From Nanoarchaeum sp. (GTDB taxonomy: Archaea > Nanobdellota > Nanobdellia > SCGC-AAA011-G17 > PNOQ01), in contig PNOQ01000057.1 in assembly GCA_013824915.1 (NCBI GenBank), positions 1-49,089 on the forward strand: 49,089 nt of DNA, given 5' to 3'. Under the pieces are notes generated by a model. The model was not told the DNA's origin. It saw only the letters and a program-made list of their open reading frames with translations, and made no database searches. Positions 14,670 to 23,256 of the stretch are shown here, one piece after another; the stretch's first letter is position 1, and every line of letters begins with the position of its first letter. The position numbers and the translations under genes are program-made.

Positions 14670-15065
14670 ATGAAAAAGTTTGTTTTAATTGCTGTTTTAG
14701 TTGTAATCTTAGACCAAATTACCAAGTTTTTAATGAAGGATGTGCACTATGGAATATTCAACTATGTAACTAATAGTGGTGCAGCTTTTAGTTTGTTCAA
14801 AGGATATACTATTGTTTTGAGCGTAATTTCTATAGCAGTTATTGTATTTCTATTATATTTTTACAAAAAATATCCTAAACTATGGTTAAGTTTGGGTTTT
14901 ATTCTTGGTGGAACTATTGGAAATTTAATAGATAGAATAATTTTTGGTCATGTTAGAGATTTTATTGATTTAACATATTGGCCAATCTTTAATGTGGCTG
15001 ATAGTTTTAATGTTATAGGGGTTTGTATTATTTGTTATTTAGTGGTGCTTAGGAATAGGATCTAA
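14670..15065 (+). CDS. lspA: lipoprotein signal peptidase (signal peptidase II, peptidase A8)
   Basis: LDQITK, NSGAAFSLF, GGTIGNLIDRIIFGHVRDFID and PIFNVADSF are the conserved LspA blocks and include both catalytic Asp positions. ATG 14670 is preferred over TTG 14649. Confidence 0.8.
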   Translation: MKKFVLIAVLVVILDQITKFLMKDVHYGIFNYVTNSGAAFSLFKGYTIVLSVISIAVIVFLLYFYKKYPKLWLSLGFILGGTIGNLIDRIIFGHVRDFIDLTYWPIFNVADSFNVIGVCIICYLVVLRNRI

Positions 15066-15611
15066 TTTTTTAGTCCAAACACCATTTTCTAGTTTGTATC
15101 CCGTATGCACAGCAGTTAAATCGTACCTATTTTTTAATCTTAAATTTATTCCTTGTTCTGGAAGTCTATCATGTCTATATCTTTTATTAACCTCTGCTCG
15201 TTGTATTTGAGAAATTCTAAAATTATTTGCTGTAGCCCAATTTTCATATGCTTTTATTAATATTGTTTTCCAGTCTGGAATCATTTCCTGATGGGTAATA
15301 TTTGGCCTTCTTTGTAATTGTCTTACTCTTACAGTGTCTTCTGATTCTACTGTGAATCCACAAACGCTTGAAACAAGCGAATTTTCACAACCGTCTTCAA
15401 AATCTTGATATAGTGCTAAACCAATTCTAGTGTCTCTTACTAATCCATAAATTTGTCCTCTGTCTAAGTTAAATTCTAATTTTAAATGATAGTGAGGATA
15501 ATCTAATATATCTTTGCCTGCTTCATATAAAAATGGAGTTGCATCTCTATTTGCATTAAAGAATAAATCTAATGTTTTTTTTGCTCTTCCTTTATGTTCT
15601 TGATTTGTCAT
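15039..15611 (-). CDS. hypothetical protein (190 aa)
   Basis: ORF whose 3' end overlaps lspA by 27 nt (convergent). No motif recognised. Confidence 0.5.
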   Translation of the reverse strand: MTNQEHKGRAKKTLDLFFNANRDATPFLYEAGKDILDYPHYHLKLEFNLDRGQIYGLVRDTRIGLALYQDFEDGCENSLVSSVCGFTVESEDTVRVRQLQRRPNITHQEMIPDWKTILIKAYENWATANNFRISQIQRAEVNKRYRHDRLPEQGINLRLKNRYDLTAVHTGYKLENGVWTKKLDPIPKHH

Positions 15612-15680
15612 GAAAAAACGAGAATGTTCGTGTTTTTAAAGCTTTTGCATCTGTGCAGTGGTTAAAAATCAAGCAACAAA

Positions 15681-15689
15681 TTTTATATA
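15681..15689 (+). promoter_or_regulatory. TATA box TTTTATATA of the GGDEF gene
   Basis: It lies 30 nt before ATG 15711 with archaeal-type geometry. The GTG at 15690 in the ORF track abuts the box and is rejected. Confidence 0.5.
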
Positions 15690-15710
15690 GTGCCTGTTAT
15701 AATTTTGTGT

Positions 15711-16343
15711 ATGGTCAAGGACTATAAATCTTTAAGTGAGATTGTAAAAGATCATGATAAGTACGAAAGAAGAAATTCTAGGCTAGAAAATTCTAATGAG
15801 CATTTACGTGGCGAATTGTTTAAATGGAAGAGGAAAGCCAAGTATGATGATTTAACTGGATTATTAAGAAGAGAGACATTTAATAACATTTTAAAGAGGT
15901 TTATTATTAGAAGTAACAGAACTAATACTCCCTTGTCTTATGTTTTAGTAGATATTGACCATTTTAAGAAAGTTAATGATACTTATGGCCACGATAAAGG
16001 TGATGAAGTTCTAAGAGAAGTTTCTGATCTTTTGAGACAAAGTGTTAGAGATACAGATATTGCAACAAGAAAATTTGTTGGAAGATATGGTGGAGAAGAA
16101 TTAGTTATTGTTTTGCCTAATACCGATAGTGATGGGGCTAAAATTGTTGGTGAAAGATTAAGAAAAAGAGTAGAAGAACATTTTAAGGCTAAAAACTTTA
16201 GTTTAACTATTAGCGCAGGAGTTTCTGTTTATAGTCCGGATTCTAGTGAAGATGGATCTGAAGCAGTAGACGATTTATATAAAACTGCTGACGAAAAGTT
16301 GTATGAAGCAAAGAAAACTGGTAGAAATAAAGTTGTTTATTAG
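15711..16343 (+). CDS. GGDEF-domain diguanylate cyclase with a short N-terminal coiled coil (210 aa)
   Basis: DDLTGLLRR, VLVDIDHFKKVNDTYGHDKGDEVL, RYGGEELVIVLP, TISAGVS and ADEKLYEAKKTGRNKV are the full set of GGDEF blocks. The active-site loop reads GGEEL. Confidence 0.85.
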   Translation: MVKDYKSLSEIVKDHDKYERRNSRLENSNEHLRGELFKWKRKAKYDDLTGLLRRETFNNILKRFIIRSNRTNTPLSYVLVDIDHFKKVNDTYGHDKGDEVLREVSDLLRQSVRDTDIATRKFVGRYGGEELVIVLPNTDSDGAKIVGERLRKRVEEHFKAKNFSLTISAGVSVYSPDSSEDGSEAVDDLYKTADEKLYEAKKTGRNKVVY

Positions 16344-16374
16344 TGATAATTCTTAAATTGATTATATAGAAGCG

Positions 16375-16382
16375 TTTATAAA
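16375..16382 (+). promoter_or_regulatory. TATA box TTTATAAA upstream of paralog P3
   Basis: The context GAAGCG-TTTATAAA matches the window consensus. Confidence 0.5.
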
Positions 16383-16424
16383 CGTTTGATAATTTCCGGA
16401 ACCATAAATAGTATGGGAATAAAA

Positions 16425-17081
16425 ATGAAAGTAACACAAGGAAAAACACAACTAACAACAAGTTCTGGTTTAACATTTGTATATCCAACTTACCAAGGAA
16501 CACATGCTGATTGTATATCGCAAATAAAAGCAGATGGATTACAAATTCCAACATATCCTCAATTAGTTGATATAATATACGAAGCGGTAGTTAAAGATCC
16601 AGATAATCAATATTCACAAGAAATAAGACAAATAATGAGCAATTTCAAGTTAAGATCTGATACAGGGTTATTATACCTCCCAGATAGGAGAATCTTTTTT
16701 CAAGATAAATCGGTTCTGGGCCCGAATGGATTACCAATTATGAATCAATCAGAACTAGAAGCTAAATTACAAGCTAATGATTCTTCAGTAAGATTTGTTG
16801 AACCGGGTTTTATACCTGGAATACAATCTTATTATCAATTGGTAAAAAATCCATATATTATAGGTTTAGCTGGTGAACAAGGAGCAGAACAATTAGCTGA
16901 AATAGCGTATAATCATTATAGACTTGTCACTCATATATTTGCTTTGAACGAGATAAGTGGGCCAACAACAAGACTTTCTGTGTTCGCAGGGGATTGGATT
17001 CCAGGTGGCAGACTTGTTATCAGTGGCAACGATTATGGTAATGACCGAAGTGATCGTGCGTTTGGAGTACTTGCGAGCTAA
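16425..17081 (+). CDS. orphan paralog family member P3 (218 aa from ATG 16425)
   Basis: MKVTQGKTQLTTSSGLTFVYP aligns with the P2 N-terminus. The nucleotide context ATAAAAATGAAAG is conserved with P1. An alternative in-frame ATG lies at 16413. Confidence 0.7.
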   Translation: MKVTQGKTQLTTSSGLTFVYPTYQGTHADCISQIKADGLQIPTYPQLVDIIYEAVVKDPDNQYSQEIRQIMSNFKLRSDTGLLYLPDRRIFFQDKSVLGPNGLPIMNQSELEAKLQANDSSVRFVEPGFIPGIQSYYQLVKNPYIIGLAGEQGAEQLAEIAYNHYRLVTHIFALNEISGPTTRLSVFAGDWIPGGRLVISGNDYGNDRSDRAFGVLAS

Positions 17082-17118
17082 ACAAAAAGTTTAGGAATTT
17101 TTTAAATTCTAATTTTTT
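17078..17118 (+). terminator. 3' module of P3: stop-codon hairpin, a second hairpin, then a T-tract
   Basis: CTAAAC (17078-17083) pairs with GTTTAG (17089-17094). GAATTT (17095-17100) pairs with AAATTC (17104-17109). T6 follows at 17113-17118. Confidence 0.6.
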
Positions 17119-17162
17119 ATTAAAGAAAAAGATTTAAATAAGTAAGTAATTAATTCTTTGTT

Positions 17163-18116
17163 ATGGATAAATTAGAATTGATAAAAAGGAACACGGTTGA
17201 AATTATTAATGAAGATAATATTCCTAAATTATTAAAGAAAAAGAATCCTGTTGCTTATTGTGGGTACGAACCATCGGGTGAAATTCATTTAGGGCATTTA
17301 GTTACTATTACTAAACTTATGGATTTAGCTAAATCAGGGTTTCATGTTAAAGTATTATTTGCTGACTGGCATGCATTTCTAAATCAAAAAGGAGATTGGG
17401 ATTTTATTAATGAACAAGTCAAAATTTGGAAAGCAGGATTTATTGCTGCGGGTTTGAAAGATGCAGAATTTGTTGTTGGAACTTCATTCCAAAGAAAACA
17501 AGAATATATTGATGATGTTTTTTCAATTGCAACTAAAGTTACTATTAATAGGTCTTTAAGAAGTATGCAACAAGTTGCTAGAGATATCGAAAATGCTAAA
17601 GTTTCACAAGTTATTTATCCATTTATGCAAATAGTTGATATTAAACATTTAAATGTAGAGTTAGCTCAAGGTGGAATTGAACAGAGAAAGATTCATATGC
17701 TTGGTTCTGAAATGTTTGAAACTATAAATTATAAAACTCCTGTTTTTGTCCATACTCCTTTAATAAGCTCATTAAAAGGCCCAGGAAACAAAATGAGTTC
17801 TTCTGATAAAGAAAGTTTTATTTCAATTAGAGATAACGAAGAAAGTATTAAAACTAAACTAAATAAAGCTCATTGTGTAGCTGGAGAAAAAGAAGATAAT
17901 CCTGTATTGGAGATTGCAAAGTTAATTGTTTTTCCTAGATTTGATAATTTTGTTGTAAAAAGACCAGAAAAATTTGGTGGAGATTTAGAATTTAATAATT
18001 ATGAAGAATTAGAAAAATCTTTTGTTGCTAAGAAATTACATCCTTTAGATTTAAAAAACAGTTTATCTGGTTATTTGGCTGAAATTATAGAACCAATAAG
18101 GAAGAAGTTTAAGTAA
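17163..18116 (+). CDS. tyrS: tyrosine--tRNA ligase, archaeal type
   Basis: HIGH region in YCGYEPSGEIHLGHL and a KMSKS-type KMSSS motif. It is 317 aa. The TATA box at 17132-17140 lies 31 nt before the ATG. Confidence 0.9.
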   Translation: MDKLELIKRNTVEIINEDNIPKLLKKKNPVAYCGYEPSGEIHLGHLVTITKLMDLAKSGFHVKVLFADWHAFLNQKGDWDFINEQVKIWKAGFIAAGLKDAEFVVGTSFQRKQEYIDDVFSIATKVTINRSLRSMQQVARDIENAKVSQVIYPFMQIVDIKHLNVELAQGGIEQRKIHMLGSEMFETINYKTPVFVHTPLISSLKGPGNKMSSSDKESFISIRDNEESIKTKLNKAHCVAGEKEDNPVLEIAKLIVFPRFDNFVVKRPEKFGGDLEFNNYEELEKSFVAKKLHPLDLKNSLSGYLAEIIEPIRKKFK

Positions 18117-18117
18117 A

Positions 18118-18858
18118 ATGATGAATAAACAAAAGAGTGTTTTTGAATTTAGTCCAGAACAATATGATGCAATTATGACTACTTCTGTTATGAATCATAT
18201 TTATTCTAATGTTGAAAAAGAAATAAGAAAAAATTTCAAAACTAATATGAAAATTCTTGATTTACTTTGTGGTACAGGTTTAGTAGCGAGAAGAATTCAA
18301 GATTTAAATATGAACTTTGTTGGGGTAGATTTACATAACCCATTTATTCAATATGCAAGGGAAAAAACTAATAAAAAATGTAAATTTATTTGTAAGGATG
18401 TTTTAAAATTTAATTCGAAAGAAAAGTTTGATGTTGCAATTTTAACTTCCGCTTATCATCATATTAAAAATAAAGATAAATCTAGTCTATTAAAAAAAAT
18501 TTATGATATGCTTAAATCTGATGGAGTTATAATAATATATGAAGAACTACTTAGACCGTATAAAAATGAAAAAGAATTTTATAAGAATAATCTTGAGTTT
18601 TATAATTACCGTATAAGCTATTTAAAAAAACATAATTTGCATGGAAAATATAATAATGTTTTTGATATGCTTAAAAATGTTTGTGAAATGTCTGGAGTTG
18701 GAAAACATGAGTGGAAAATTACTTATGATTATATTTATAATGATTTAAATAAAAATGGATTTAAAATCGAAAAAATCAAAAAAGTTTGGCCCCAAACTAA
18801 CGTTTTTAAGAATGAAAAAGTTGGTGATTTTATTATAGTTGCTAAAAAAGTTAAGTGA
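18118..18858 (+). CDS. class I SAM-dependent methyltransferase
   Basis: Motif I ILDLLCGTGLVARR. It starts 1 nt after the tyrS stop. Confidence 0.7.
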   Translation: MMNKQKSVFEFSPEQYDAIMTTSVMNHIYSNVEKEIRKNFKTNMKILDLLCGTGLVARRIQDLNMNFVGVDLHNPFIQYAREKTNKKCKFICKDVLKFNSKEKFDVAILTSAYHHIKNKDKSSLLKKIYDMLKSDGVIIIYEELLRPYKNEKEFYKNNLEFYNYRISYLKKHNLHGKYNNVFDMLKNVCEMSGVGKHEWKITYDYIYNDLNKNGFKIEKIKKVWPQTNVFKNEKVGDFIIVAKKVK

Positions 18859-18939
18859 AAGATAATATATTATTAATAAAACATATATTAATCTTTTTTT
18901 GTGAGATAAGTTTAAATAGGGTAAATTTTAGAGTAATTT

Positions 18940-20724
18940 ATGTCAAGAAGAGATAAATATAATGTCGATTTTAAACAGAATTTTAAGATTTATTTAGGCA
19001 TGCTTAGTAAATACAAAGGATTGGCATTTGGTAGTCTTTTGATTGTTACAATTTATCAATTAATTGCAGTTAGTGAAAACTTTATCTTTAAGTCTTTTAT
19101 TGATCATGGCGAACAATTTAGTTCTAATGTAATAACTAGAGAAGTTTTTTTTGATAGTGTTATTTTATTGTTAAGTATACTTGCAGGGTTATTAATACTT
19201 AAAGCTATTATAGTTTGGTTTAGAGTTTGGTTTGTTAACAAGTTAGACACACATTTAATTAGAGATATGAAACAAAGATTCTTTAAACACATTATTTATT
19301 TGTCTTCTAAATTCCACTCTGATAAAAAAACAGGTTCATTAATATCAAGAATAATTAGGGGTTCAAATTCTATAGAACCAATAAATGATATTACTATTTT
19401 CAGTATGGCTCCAATTTTAATTAGATTTACAGTATTAGCTGCTACGTTTGTATTTTTCGAATTAAAAACTGCTATAGCTTTACTTGTCGTTAGCATTGCT
19501 TTCGTTAGTTATAGTATATATGTTATGAATAAACAAAAAGTGTATCAAGTTAATGCAAATATGCAAGATGATGCAGAAAAAGCAAATATAGCAGATGTGT
19601 TTGGTAATATTTCTACTATAAAATATTTTGGTAAAGAAGATAGGATAGTTAACAAATATAATAGTATAAGTAATAAAACTAGAAAAGCTTTTTCTAAATA
19701 CTGGGGTTATTTTAATTGGTTAAATGCGGGACAAAATTTGATAATGGGTGTTGGTACATTCTTCATATTATATTTTCCATTAATGAGCTTCTTAAATGGT
19801 GAAATTACTATCGGTACTGTTGCGTTTATTTATTCGAGTTATTTAGCTTTTAGTGGTATGCTTTATGAGTTTGTTCATGGAATAAGAAATTATAGAAGAG
19901 CTATGATTGATTTCAATGATTTATTCCAGTATGCAAAGCTTGAGAATGAAATAAAAGATGTTCCTGGTGCTAAAGATATTATTATTAAAAAAGGAGTTAT
20001 AGAATTTAAGAATGTAGCATTTTCATACAATAATGATAAAGTAATTAATAAATTGAATTTAGTAATACCTGAAAATTCAAAAGTTGCTATTGTTGGTCCT
20101 TCTGGTGCAGGTAAATCTACACTAGTTAAATTATTGTATAGATTGTATGATTTAGATTCAGGTAATATTTTAATTGATGGACAAGATATTTCGAAAGTAA
20201 AACAAGAATCATTAAGGTCAGAAATGAGTATTGTTCCACAAGATGCGATATTGTTCGATGATAGTATTTACAATAATATTGCTTTCTCTAATCCGAAAGC
20301 TAGTCGTCAAGAAGTTATGAAAGCAATTAAATTTGCTCAGTTGGATAAATTAGTTAATAGACTACCTAAAAAAGAAAATACTATTGTTGGTGAGCGTGGA
20401 GTAAAGTTATCTGGTGGAGAAAGACAGAGAGTTTCTATTGCTAGGGCTGTACTAGCTGATAAGAAAGTTTTGGTTTTGGATGAAGCTACTTCGTCTTTAG
20501 ACTCTGAAACTGAGCACGAAATTCAGAGAGACTTGCAAGAATTAATGAGTAATAGAACTTCAATTGTTATTGCACATAGATTATCCACTATAATGAAAGC
20601 TGATATGATTATTGTTGTTGAGAAAGGAAGAATAAAAGAGATTGGTACTCATCAAGAATTATTGAGAAATAGAAATGGTTTGTATAGTAAGTTGTGGGGT
20701 ATACAAGCTGGAAGTTTTAATTAA
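18940..20724 (+). CDS. ABC exporter, fused permease/ATPase (MsbA/MdlB-like)
   Basis: N-terminal multi-TM domain, Walker A GPSGAGKST, signature LSGGERQR and Walker B VLVLDEATS. Confidence 0.9.
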   Translation: MSRRDKYNVDFKQNFKIYLGMLSKYKGLAFGSLLIVTIYQLIAVSENFIFKSFIDHGEQFSSNVITREVFFDSVILLLSILAGLLILKAIIVWFRVWFVNKLDTHLIRDMKQRFFKHIIYLSSKFHSDKKTGSLISRIIRGSNSIEPINDITIFSMAPILIRFTVLAATFVFFELKTAIALLVVSIAFVSYSIYVMNKQKVYQVNANMQDDAEKANIADVFGNISTIKYFGKEDRIVNKYNSISNKTRKAFSKYWGYFNWLNAGQNLIMGVGTFFILYFPLMSFLNGEITIGTVAFIYSSYLAFSGMLYEFVHGIRNYRRAMIDFNDLFQYAKLENEIKDVPGAKDIIIKKGVIEFKNVAFSYNNDKVINKLNLVIPENSKVAIVGPSGAGKSTLVKLLYRLYDLDSGNILIDGQDISKVKQESLRSEMSIVPQDAILFDDSIYNNIAFSNPKASRQEVMKAIKFAQLDKLVNRLPKKENTIVGERGVKLSGGERQRVSIARAVLADKKVLVLDEATSSLDSETEHEIQRDLQELMSNRTSIVIAHRLSTIMKADMIIVVEKGRIKEIGTHQELLRNRNGLYSKLWGIQAGSFN

Positions 20725-21320
20725 TTTTTCTCAGCAAATATTTCTACCCAAACGTCGTTGGATTCGCCACTGAGAATTGTAAAACCTGCTTCTTCTAAAT
20801 ATTTTTCCATTTCTTTAAGTTCGAAGTAAACAAATGTTCTTGCTTCGTTGTTGTATTTTTCATCAACTTCGTCTTTTTCGCCTTCGCCACGTTTTACAGA
20901 AATATAAATAACTCCTTTATCGACTAAAACTCTGTGAAATTCTTTTAATGTTGTAACAATTTGTTCACGAGGAATATGAACTAAAGCACACATAGACCAA
21001 ATACCGTCAAATGAATTTTCTTTAAAAGACATTTTTCTGAAATCCATCTTTTTAAATTTTGCAGAAGGAGCTATTTTTTTTGCTTCGGTCAATAGTGCTT
21101 CAGCTAGATCTACGCCAATAGCTTCATAACCATCTTCGTTGAAATATAACGTGTCTCTACCAACTCCACAACCAGCATCAAGAATTCTTTTACCAGGTAG
21201 CATTGACTCAAATCTGGCTAATTGAAATTGCATTAATTTATCTTCAGTGTACTTTGCATAAATTGAAGCTATCTTATTATATGTGCCTATCGCTTCCTTT
21301 AATTTTTCCTCTGAATACAT
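20721..21320 (-). CDS. class I SAM-dependent methyltransferase
   Basis: Motif I ILDAGCGVGRDT and a downstream FDGIWSMCALVH block. Confidence 0.75.
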   Translation of the reverse strand: MYSEEKLKEAIGTYNKIASIYAKYTEDKLMQFQLARFESMLPGKRILDAGCGVGRDTLYFNEDGYEAIGVDLAEALLTEAKKIAPSAKFKKMDFRKMSFKENSFDGIWSMCALVHIPREQIVTTLKEFHRVLVDKGVIYISVKRGEGEKDEVDEKYNNEARTFVYFELKEMEKYLEEAGFTILSGESNDVWVEIFAEKN

Positions 21321-21346
21321 TAGTATAAACTAGTTTGATTTATTTT

Positions 21347-21790
21347 TTAAAGCTTTTCTTTTGCTCTTCTTTGCTTAGGTAAGTAGTTATATAGAGTATT
21401 ATTTGATAGTTTTCCACAACCAATGAAATGATTTTTATATCTTAATATTTTGTATCCATTTGTATCTTCTAATCTTAGGTTTTCTCCGGCCATATAAGCT
21501 TTGAAATCTTCTTCTTCAAGATCTATAATGTTTTTGTTAGGTTTGTCTAATAGTTCTGAGCCTTCAACACTTAATCTAAAACCTTGTTTTTCTTTTGTTC
21601 CGAAATATAATCCTGTATTGTTTATTTTTAGTTTAGATGTGTCAATAGAAAGGTAGGGTTTAGTTGTAATGTAAATTCGTTCTTCTGGACCTTCTAAAAA
21701 AACATATTCTTCTTTTAGTACACAACCAAATTGTTCTTGTATCTGATTAAGAATAAATCTTATTTCTTTGTTTTTCATTATTTTTAACAT
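21347..21790 (-). CDS. NIP7-like / PUA-type RNA-binding protein (tentative)
   Basis: The size and blocks (GLYFGTKEKQGFRLSVEGSELL, GYKILRYKNHFIGCGK) resemble archaeal NIP7/pre-PUA-PUA proteins. Judged by eye only. Confidence 0.35.
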   Translation of the reverse strand: MLKIMKNKEIRFILNQIQEQFGCVLKEEYVFLEGPEERIYITTKPYLSIDTSKLKINNTGLYFGTKEKQGFRLSVEGSELLDKPNKNIIDLEEEDFKAYMAGENLRLEDTNGYKILRYKNHFIGCGKLSNNTLYNYLPKQRRAKEKL

Positions 21791-21846
21791 AGATAAATTG
21801 ATTTAGATATGTTTATAAAAGTTATTTTTCTTCTCAATTTTGCTAT

Positions 21847-23226
21847 ATGGAAAATTCAATTAATCTTAATGATGCGCCTATATCATTAAAAGAGCAACCT
21901 TTGTTGAAAAAGAGAGTACATCCGTTGAATTTCTTAGTGTTTGGTTTATTATTTGTTATTTTGATTGGTAGTTTGTTATTATGGTTGCCTATAACTCATA
22001 ATGATAATAAAGAGATTAATTATATTGATGCTTTGTTTACGGCTACTTCTGCTTCAACTGTGACTGGATTAGCAACGGTAGATACTTTAGATACTTACAA
22101 CTTTTTAGGGCAGTTTATAATATTAGTTTTGATAAACTGTGGTGGTCTTGGTTATATGACTGTTATTTCATTCTTCTTTTTGAATAGTAGTGCGTTTGGT
22201 TTGAAATATGCTATGTTTGTTAAGGAATCATTAAATTTGCCTTCTATCGGAGATATTTTAAAATTAGCTAAAAAAGTATTTTTCACTATTATTGTTTTTG
22301 AAGCCATTGGTATTGGAATATTAACTTTATTTGTATTTTCTGATTTTGGAGCGTTGAAAGCTTTATGGTACGGTATTTTCCATGCTATGAGTGCGTTTAA
22401 TAATGCAGGTTTTGATTTAATGGGTGGTTTCCAAAGTTTTACAGGTTATACTAGTAATTTTATACTTAATTTTACTATAATGGGACTAATATTCTTTGGA
22501 GGTATAGGTTTTTTAGTTATATCTGATATAGTTAATGTTAGAAAAAAGACAAAGAGATTTTTGACTTTACATAGTCAGATAGTATTGACAACTTCTATTT
22601 TATTAATTGTTTTGGGCGCGATTGGTTTTTATGTTTTGGAATATAATAATGTGTTAAGTCAGTATAATGATAGCACTAAATGGATGGCTTCTACGTTTAC
22701 TTCTGTAAGTTCTAGGACTGCAGGTTTTACGACTGTGGATTTAGCTAGTTTAAGTATGTCTGCGTTGTTAGTATTGTGTTTATTGATGTTTATTGGTGCT
22801 TCTCCAGGCAGTACGGGTTCGGGTATTAAAACTACGACTTTTGCGGTTTTAATATTATGGTTAGTTGCTACAGTTAAAAATAGAAAGGAACCAGAAGCGT
22901 TTGGTAGAAGGATTAGTAGAGATACTGTAGAGAAAGCTTTATTGTTGTTTTTTACTTCAGTTATAGTTATATTTTTGGTTATTTTTGGAATGACTTTAGT
23001 TGATGATAAACCTTTGAATAAATTGACATTTGAAGCGTTTTCTGCGTTTGGTACTGTTGGGTTAACTACTGGGATTACTCCTGAATTAAGTGTTGGTTCT
23101 AAGTTTTTATTGTGTTTATTAATGTTTGTAGGTAGATTAACTCCGGTTACGTTTTTAACAGTTATTGCTTACGGTAAACGTAAGGATAATGTTCATTTGT
23201 TAGAAGAAAATGTTGCAATTGGATAA
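21847..23226 (+). CDS. trkH: Trk/Ktr-type potassium transporter membrane subunit
   Basis: Multi-TM protein with DALFTATSASTVTGLATVDT and SAFNNAGF selectivity-filter-type blocks. Confidence 0.85.
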   Translation: MENSINLNDAPISLKEQPLLKKRVHPLNFLVFGLLFVILIGSLLLWLPITHNDNKEINYIDALFTATSASTVTGLATVDTLDTYNFLGQFIILVLINCGGLGYMTVISFFFLNSSAFGLKYAMFVKESLNLPSIGDILKLAKKVFFTIIVFEAIGIGILTLFVFSDFGALKALWYGIFHAMSAFNNAGFDLMGGFQSFTGYTSNFILNFTIMGLIFFGGIGFLVISDIVNVRKKTKRFLTLHSQIVLTTSILLIVLGAIGFYVLEYNNVLSQYNDSTKWMASTFTSVSSRTAGFTTVDLASLSMSALLVLCLLMFIGASPGSTGSGIKTTTFAVLILWLVATVKNRKEPEAFGRRISRDTVEKALLLFFTSVIVIFLVIFGMTLVDDKPLNKLTFEAFSAFGTVGLTTGITPELSVGSKFLLCLLMFVGRLTPVTFLTVIAYGKRKDNVHLLEENVAIG

Positions 23227-23256
23227 ATTTATATAGCTTAGATTTTTTTAGATTTC

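Noticed and set aside
16243-16554. A 103-aa minus-strand ORF spanning the GGDEF gene's 3' end, the P3 promoter and the P3 5' end.
   Set aside because: It overlaps two genes with clear homology or family support and crosses an intergenic promoter. It is considered spurious.
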